A stretch of 60,594 bases of DNA, counting the filler, from Sluysia triapertura (Eukaryota): the NCBI GenBank assembly GCA_046118255.1. It is 4 parts of 4 records of this genome, joined end to end, with 100 filler letters (N's around TTAATTAATTAA, not from the genome) between each part and the next. Parts side by side here need not be neighbours in the genome. Positions count along the whole stretch, not along the records: positions 48,005 to 60,594 come from JBJNIA010096552.1; 3 more parts are not named here. One strand, given 5' to 3'. The notes beneath the pieces were generated by a model. It did no database searches. It was not told the DNA's origin and was given only the letters and a program-made list of their open reading frames with translations. A program made the translations under genes and the position numbers. Shown here piece after piece: positions 52,477 to 60,594 of this stretch. Positions within the stretch are counted from its first letter, which is position 1. Every line of letters begins with the position of its first letter.

Positions 52477-55144
52477 ATGCTTTTAATTTCAATATTTCTT
52501 TATATATGTTTCAGTATTTTTTTCAGTAACACTCAAGGTATATTTTAATTTTTAATAAAATAAAATATTCAGATTGTAGAGGATCCAAAAAATATGAATT
52601 GTGTTATTATGCTAATGTAGAACGGATTATTAATCCAAATGAAATAGTAATTAAATTGTTGAAATCGAACAAAATGTTGACTATTAGTTTAATTGACGTA
52701 TATATTCCAATAAACAACAATACCCAACGTTCGTTTTCACAATATATTGAAAGCTTATTAAGTGGTAAAAGTCAAAAGATAAAAATTAAAACTACGGAAG
52801 AATATATGAAACAACCAGTTGTGCCAGTAATATTATATATAGCTCGACGGAATATTAATAAGTTTATTATTTTTATAAAAAATTAATTTATGATGAGACT
52901 TTTATTAAAAGGTTATTCTTTCCCAAACGATGCCATTCCAATCACTTTAAAACGCGTTATTGATGGTGATACTTTAAGTGTTTTATCTAAGTTTGGAAAT
53001 TACGAATTACGTATTCGAATGGTATACATAGATGCCCCAGAAACAAAGCAGGAATTCGGTTCTGAATCTACAAATCATTTGAAGAAACTACTAACTAACA
53101 CAGGTGGTGAATTAGTATTAGTTAAGCAACAAAAACCTGATAGATACGGTAGAACACTGGGAGTAATTAAGATAGGAAATATTGATATAAATAAGTTAGA
53201 ATTGATTTTTTTATTTATTCTAACTATTTTTATTTATTATTTATCCTAAAATAAATAATATTAACAAATTTTGTAAAACTAATATATTTAGAAAACATAA
53301 TTTATATTAATTATTTTATATTTACCAAGGACATTATTGTTGTTTTGATCAACATGAAGTAAAAAATTTATGAAAATTTTAGGAATGAATGGAAGTTAGC
53401 AAATTAGTTGAACAAATAAATCAGATTTTGAAACTGATTCAGACCATCATACTTTTAAAAAAATAAAATTTTATTTTTTTTAATAATAATAAAATTTATT
53501 GTAACATAATTTTGCCATCAAACTAATATTCAATAAGCAGGGTTTGGTCAGATAACGTAAGATCACGTTTTTGAAAGAGTATAAAAATGTTCCATAAATA
53601 TTTAATTTTCAGGCTTATTTTAGATTCTGATTACAAAAAAATATCCGCATTCATACATTTTTTCATTGATACATTGATCGAAATTTTGGTGAGATGTTAT
53701 TTTTATTTAATAAAACAATTTTGAAAATCATCGATAATCATTGTTTACTAGCAATGTATATCAACCCATTTAGTTGTTTAACAAAGTCTGGTGAAACAGC
53801 GATAATTTGATATATTTTATCACATATAGTTGAAAAATTTTCGTTTTAATTATTATTTGCTTAAAACAAAATACGAGTAATTAAACGACAATGTAAATCT
53901 GTCATATAATAATTATATGGTTAACATTTTTAGTAGGTGTTATCTGTTTAGTCAAACAGGATAAAAATGAAACTGATGATACACATGATAAACAAAACGT
54001 GATATATAAATAAGTTGATGTTTAATTTACATTTCGATATTTTGTTTAATTTTGTTATATAATTTGTAGATGTACAAATTCTAAAAAATGCTGTACATGA
54101 AATACTTAAATGTATTCGTTTAATTTCAACATTTACTTAATTGAATAATAAGTGTTAATATTAATATTATTATTCAAATTAATTTTTTGAAAAATTATCA
54201 AAATAAATCCAATCCAAAAACAAAATTATACATTTTATTGAAACTGAACTACAAATATCGTTTCTGAAAAACTTTTAGGAGTCCTTTGAGTTATTTAAAC
54301 TGAATTGATAATGTCTTGTACAGATCATCAAATTTTATGGAAATTGGAAGCTTACCAAATCTTTGTAAATTGTCTTTTTTCGTATAATGCACTTTATAGA
54401 TGTTACTTCTCCATTTATGTGCATAGTTTCTACCACGCTGTGATGAGAAAGAACAACCTTATTAAAAGCATTCAAATTCAATCCAGAAAAACCTTATACT
54501 CAAAAACATATATTCTACGGAAAACAAGAAAACTTCATCTACAAAAAGTGTTTTCAAAATGACAGTTAACTTTTAAAAGCATAGCGGCCTTTTTTTAATT
54601 TTTGAAAAAATAGAAATCGGACACTTATTTCTGGACGGAAGGAGTAATATATTACATTATTAACACATACAAATATCATACGTACAACAGAAATGTCATC
54701 GAAAATTTTCTTTTAATGAATTAATTTTTTTAAAACAATCTTGTTTAATTACGAATTTATCTTCATTTGATAGTATATCAGAGGACAGAATATAAGCATT
54801 CTCCATCCATCAATGCAAGAATTTCAATTTCAACTTTCAACAAGTTCTTGTCCATTTTTTCTTTAAGTTTTGTAACAATGTTTGTCTTTAAGATATAAAG
54901 AAAGCATTTGGAAACTTAATTTTTGTTATAATAGAAGTATTTAAACTTTAAAATTTTGTATATAATTCATTATAGACAAATGGTAGTGGACGGTTATGCT
55001 TGGTGTTATTTAAGAACCAGGTGTCCTTTAGATTATCAACAAGCAATGAAAAATGCAGAAGAAACTAAAAAAGGATTATTTGTTTCTAATATAGCACAAC
55101 CACCATGGGAATGGAGAAAAGAAAATAACAAACGTCACATTTAA
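52477..55144 (+). CDS. Putatively secreted staphylococcal nuclease (thermonuclease)-family protein, two SNase domains, 271 aa; exons 52477-52537, 52573-52861, 52898-53194, 54976-55144
   Basis: GT-AG introns of 35, 36 and 1781 nt with matching phases give an 816-nt CDS; signal-like MLLISIFLYICFSIFFSNTQ; domain 2 has RVIDGDT, RIRMVYIDAPE, DRYGR, GYAW, KKGLF, PPWEWRK. Confidence 0.88.
54620..54646 (+). mobile_element. Stowaway/mariner-type terminal inverted repeat inside the nuclease intron
   Basis: Reverse complement TA-CTCCTTCCGTCCAGAAATAAGTGTC resembles the CTCCCTCCGT..ATAAGTGTC TIR; partner end not found. Confidence 0.55.
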
Positions 55145-57218
55145 TTTAAACATTAATTTTATTAACTGCGATTCTAGTTACGCTTCTGGTTTTGGTGTTT
55201 ATGATTTTATATCTGATTTTATAATTCCAAGTTGTTAATGAATAACATTATGGCTTACCTGTTTTTCATCTTCGTTTATATTGTTTTGTAAATATTTAAA
55301 TAGCATCGTAAAGAAATTTAATGTTTTTGGAGGATAATATTGAAGGGCAATAATTTTTATATGATATCCTTCTTCATAACGTCTAACGAATTCTCAATAT
55401 TAAATCATCTCGGTTGGAATGTTGGACCAAAAGCCATTCAGGAATGTTTTCACGAATTGTTGCTTTTTAGGATTGATATTTTCAAACATTCGTGTTCGTT
55501 GATATCTAATACATGCTTTTGTTGTCTTGTAAAATGTACTGGATTAGTTCTCATTGGATGGTCTTTTTGTCTAGTCTTTCTTTGTGTTCTTATCTTGCTT
55601 CATACACCCAATCAAACACCTTTTACATCTTGAGTAACTTAACACGCTTAAATCTTCCTCAAGAGAAAAAAAGAGGACAAACTGGGTAAATTTTTAATAA
55701 TTAACTTTATGCGAAAGAAAAGTTTTGATGATGAACTAATTTTAAACAATTTTTAAATAATTTATCCAGTGGAAATTTTAATGAAACTTCAGCTGCAATA
55801 ATAAGTAATTATTTTTGTTTTGTCCAATTTCCAATCTCCTAAATTATTGTCAAACTGCTATATAAGCAGTTATATTTTGTAGAAAAATTAGGAACAGAAA
55901 CGACAAAATTGAAAAATAAAAGACAGAAAGTCAAAAAGAAGAAAATACTTCGAAATCTTATTAAGCTTGAGAGACGCTACCTCAATCCATTTGTTGAAAA
56001 CAGCTGATTTAATTACGCAATAAGTGAATTTATAAAGGTTAGTGACGGGCGTTTCTTTTTTATACAGGCATCAACATTTATTAATATTAAATTGTGTCAT
56101 CTATGGTAGCAACTTTTAGAATTTTATAGTTAGAGGTTTCTAACTTTAAGTTTGTATAAAAACAGTTATTGATTGTATCATTTAAAAATTATATTGAAGA
56201 CATTATTACTAAAGAATAATTTATATATTATAACAAGAAACTTCACTTCCAATAAGAAAGTTGCCTCAACACATTTGCGGTAAACATTGTGATTGAGGAT
56301 TGATCTTTAGAAATTGACAGCTTTATAAGCAATGGGACTATTATTGTGATTAGTGAGTTAAGTTTTTATTATTTTATTGTCAAATACGGGCGTCAACATT
56401 TGTGTAGCCCCTGGAGAGTGACTTTTAATTTTGAATTTATATCATTTTTAAAGAATACTTAAAATATATCGAGATTACATGTTACAACCCATTAGAACCC
56501 TTTAAAATCTTAAATAATACAAAAAATAGAGTTACTTTTCGAGAATATTAAATAATGTTTTCTATAATAGAAATCGAAAATTCTAGAATTTTTGAGAAAT
56601 TCCATTTATTCTGATTTATTATGACTGATATATTAACTAGTTGCAGTTGAATCACAATCATTATTAATCAACTCAATTTTTAGAGTTCACAATTTATTAG
56701 TCGAGATTTTCGATAATTTAATATAATGATCGAGAAGGTTATAATTATTTATTATTTTGGAAAAAGACGTTTGTAAATTGGTAGGTTTCATTTTTATTAA
56801 GATGATTCGTAACAGCAAAATCATTTTAAACAATTTTTTAATCCATATATAATAAGGGACAAAATTATTTGTTAAGGTATTCATTTATGAAGAAATTAAA
56901 GACCCAAAAAGGCTTTAATTTCAAAATATGAATTATTATTTTATAATTTTTATTCCTAATATTTCTTGTATATCATATCTTACATTTGTATAATAAAAAT
57001 TCATTACAATTGTGTTTTTGATTAATTTTATGGCTTATAGACTAGTGTTAAGGTACAATAGGAATTTCAACATTAAAAAGATATTTTAATCAATTTTATA
57101 TATAATTGATTATAATAAAACCCCTTGTACTTATTAGGTACTGATAGAGTAAGCGTCACTTTAAAATTTCCCATTTTATTGCTACAGAAATGCCCACTTT
57201 AAATTGTAAGTTGTTTAC

Positions 57219-58240
57219 TGTAACCGAACTCTCAAATTATTTTACCGTAAGAGTAATAATAAGAAAAATTATATATATTGAAATTGAAATAAAACGAGAA
57301 CTAAGGTCAAGTAATAATAATAACAACAACAATAATAATAATAATAATGGGTATTGTCAGAAAATAAAGGGATTAGTATTTTATAAATGTTTTTAAAAAA
57401 TTCATAAGTATAATTAATTTAATTAGAATTGTTTGAAAGTCGTTTTAACTTTCTTTATGATGTTTGAATACACAATCATGAAATGTATTAATTTGATTCT
57501 TAGGTTGTCATCACAATTCTCTAAAATCATATAAAATGCTTTAAAATTATTTATGAATCTTTAAAATCACTTTAAGAATAATTATTTTCGAAAAGATAAA
57601 TAAAATTTCTAATAAACAAAAATCATTTCTAAAAATAGAATATAAGCTTCTAGAATGTTATAGGACATTCCATCAATTCTCATTGGCTGATGATTAGTAT
57701 ATAAACTAGCATCAGTTTAATGAGAATCGTCATTTTGAAAATATTAATCAGCCATTTTAGATTTTTAGTTCAATTGGATTTTCAAGGATTTTAGAGATCA
57801 TTTCGAAGAAAATTTTCATCAACAAATTCCATGTTCTTTCATGTAAAGTTAAGCTAATTTTGTTTAAGAAAATTAATATCTTAAAATACAAGTAAATTTG
57901 ATTTTTAAAAGAAAAAGTTAAGTTTCCCCTATATATTGAGGGTTAAAATACTAAATTATTAATAAAGAGTTAAAGACTAAAACAGTTTTAACTACAATAT
58001 TTACAAACAATTTTATCCTTTCTTTCATTCTTATTTTAAAATTCCACAATTTTTGTAAACCATTGAATTTATGAATAATAAAGTTTTGGATTAGTGGTTT
58101 TATTTCATTGTTAATTAAGATAAGTATTGTTTATAAAAATTATTGTGTAAAAAGACAGGTATTTAATAAGCATCAAATTGATTAGCAGCTTTGAAGTTTT
58201 ACAATTAAGACTAAAGTATTTATTAACTTATCAAGTTACA
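57219..58240 (+). repeat. Solo-LTR-like element ~1 kb (TGTAAC...GTTACA) with internal CCAAT/TATA
   Basis: Terminal 6-bp IR; start TGTAACCG(G/A)AC also at 32069, 58248 and (TGTAACAGGAC) 5102 minus; internal homology to 31515-31580; no TSD. Confidence 0.5.
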
Positions 58241-58510
58241 AGAATGCTGTAACCGAACCCTGTTAAAAAATATTTTTCCGTACGTTATGTGTCAAAAAAA
58301 CCACAGTATTATGTACACAAAGACTGTGTGAAACACGTCAATGTATATAATGTAAAATCACCTGTTCTAATTAATTTTCTTTATTATAAAGTTAAATTTA
58401 TATATTTTAATGAACGTATAATAAAAGTATATATATCAAATTAATGTTCATTAAGAGATCATTCTAAAAATGATGTACCGTTAACGTGTTGCGCATTGTA
58501 TCAAAAGTTG

Positions 58511-59554
58511 TTATTGAAAATAAGTTTTATATTTGATTAGATTTATATTCAATTTAAGTTTTGGGAATCGATTGTTTATATTGTTGTCTACGCTGCTATG
58601 ATTATCGTGTGTCATGACATATTTCAAGTATTTGAATTGATGGAGACGTTTGTATAATTTTTGTTCTTTGTCGAACTCTAAGATGTTTTTATTGTCGAGA
58701 TTAGGTCTGTATGAATCTCGGAGCGCTATAGTTATTTTACAGTATATGGTTAATTCGTGATGACAAAATGATTCATCAAAAAGATCAGCTAAAATTACAT
58801 TAATACTTAAAATCGAGCCGTTATAAAACTGTTTATCATAGACGGCTATCAGAAACGTGCTAACATTTAAAATTCCCTTACAAAAAATTTCTTGATCGGA
58901 TACATTTATCGTGGCATTGTCTTTATTGAAAATTATATCATTAAAATTAAGACGTGGTTTAAGAACATATATTATATTTACATAAAATTTGAAAAGATTA
59001 TATATCTTCCTGGGGCTCAGCCTCGTTCGTACCTTCTTCTTCATTGATCCATAAGCAGTTCTGTAATTAGAATGATAATATATAAGAAAGTCAATATATG
59101 TATACATACAGTTATGATAAAATTTTTTACCTTTAAACAATGGCTGTTCTTCGGATGTATTGTGCCATGCTAATTCGTTCGGTATTAACTCGAGGTAACC
59201 GTCAGGTTCATTGGAGTGGCAAAATGTTACTTGGTAACCTCTGGCATAGTATTTACAATTAGAGGCGTCACATAGATAATTGTTTAAGGAACATGTACAG
59301 TGGGAATCTATGGACGTTAAACCTTGTCGTTTCTCGCATCTTGGTGTACTTCCTTTAACTGAAATTTCTGCAACATCTAAAAATGTAATTTTGACAACTC
59401 CTGCTTTATTCCACTTTAGTGCATCATCAATCTTGGCAGTAATTAAATCTAAAACTTCAACAGAACGTGTATCATGTCTAAGAACATCCATCGTGTAGAT
59501 TATCATTTGACTTTTAACAAAATGGTTGTCGTGTTTATTTTTGAGAATGTTCAA
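58511..59554 (-). CDS. Intact intronless 347-codon ORF of unknown function
   Basis: Longest ORF in the window despite AT-rich background; Cys/His cluster HCTCSLNNYLCDASNC; first ATG at codon 17. Confidence 0.6.
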   Translation of the reverse strand: MNILKNKHDNHFVKSQMIIYTMDVLRHDTRSVEVLDLITAKIDDALKWNKAGVVKITFLDVAEISVKGSTPRCEKRQGLTSIDSHCTCSLNNYLCDASNCKYYARGYQVTFCHSNEPDGYLELIPNELAWHNTSEEQPLFKGKKFYHNCMYTYIDFLIYYHSNYRTAYGSMKKKVRTRLSPRKIYNLFKFYVNIIYVLKPRLNFNDIIFNKDNATINVSDQEIFCKGILNVSTFLIAVYDKQFYNGSILSINVILADLFDESFCHHELTIYCKITIALRDSYRPNLDNKNILEFDKEQKLYKRLHQFKYLKYVMTHDNHSSVDNNINNRFPKLKLNINLIKYKTYFQ

Positions 59555-60297
59555 ATATTTAGAATCAGTAATTATGAAATTACTTTCCTTTTAACCACAA
59601 TGGCTGCCGTGATTATTTTAAAATGTCTGGTTTTTTATTAATCTTTCAGCCGTTAATGTATTTTACTGTATTTTCACTTGGCTCAATTGGTAATTATGTC
59701 TGGTAAGTATTAATTTTTTGTAAGCACTTTTAATCGATGGCTAATGATAATTTTCTGACATTTTATTGGGCAGAACCAGTAATAACCAATCCGGCTTGTT
59801 TTTTTGATTTATTTTTTAACTAATGGTTGCCAATAATATTTTTGCTGCTTTAATTTTAGTCTGAATTCTACTGGCTACCCAATCGACTTGCGTTATTGTC
59901 TTCTTGTGAGTAATTTTTATTTTTGTCTCTCTGTTCTATTCATATTACCAAGTCAACTGACAAAAAAGACAGATGACGATGATGATGACTGTTATTGTGC
60001 GCTCTGATGCAATAGCTGGTTTGATTGGATGTACAAATCAGTGGATTGTTTATTGTGTACTGTGTACTTTGTGTGCACAGTAATTTAATTTTTGTAAGAT
60101 TCAATTATTACGTAAGAATGTGAATTGATGTTGAGAGATTCTTACGTAATAATTGTAACTGTGAAAATAACGAAATGACGTACTAATGTGATAACAAGTA
60201 ATAGTAATAATGATTAATAATACTGATAAATAATAATAATAAATGATAATAAAATAATAATAATTAAAATTAGAGTGTATAATAATAATATTAATGA

Positions 60298-60298
<1 letters not shown>

Positions 60299-60339
<41 letters not shown>
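60299..60339. repeat. (AAT)n microsatellite
   Basis: Direct observation. Confidence 0.95.
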
Positions 60340-60340
<1 letters not shown>

Positions 60341-60594
60341 TGTAGTAATAATATGGAACTTATAAAATGATAATAATAATAGTAAATGAAAATAAAATGA
60401 AATGCATAAATCTTGGAGTCTTGATTATAACACAATCTTTCTGTCTTTAAATCCTTTCTTCTGACATATTTAGTACTATAAGATGGAGATAGAAATGAAA
60501 GTGATAAGAGGGATGAGAATGTAGAGTAAGTTAAATGTTTAGCTTGGTTTATGAAAGTTTGTTGAAAGGTTTAAGTTTTTGAAACGCCTGTTAA

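Noticed and set aside
60214-60435. Leu-rich membrane-like ORF (also 19248-19577 and 57190-57396)
   Set aside because: Translations of AAT/T-rich low-complexity DNA

Overview
AT-rich animal (invertebrate-like) nuclear DNA made of four concatenated contigs (1-14154, 14255-28230, 28331-47904, 48005-60594). They are joined by artificial N44-TTAATTAATTAA-N44 linkers, and there is one scaffold gap (30622-30836). Host genes visible by hand-splicing, several with 33-36 nt introns: the 5' exons of eIF4E-transporter (4E-T), one exon of histidine ammonia-lyase, and a complete 4-exon gene for a signal-peptide-bearing protein with two staphylococcal-nuclease domains. Pseudogenes: a divergent alpha-tubulin and split eIF4G MIF4G fragments. 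Mobile DNA is abundant: a decayed NeSL/Utopia-type RLE non-LTR retrotransposon, a rosa/DD41D mariner end, a piggyBac-type MITE, solo-LTR-like repeats and a tRNA-Ala-containing repeat with TRIM-like structure. There is also a ~7 kb 3' half of a Gypsy-like endogenous retrovirus carrying a chuvirus-like glycoprotein, a downstream retropepsin, extra membrane proteins (PPxY tail, mucin stalk) and a RING-H2 ORF. The best candidates for novelty are this complex retroelement, the secreted bacterial-type nuclease and the tRNA-in-LTR TRIM. All family calls are from motif recognition by eye; no searches were run.
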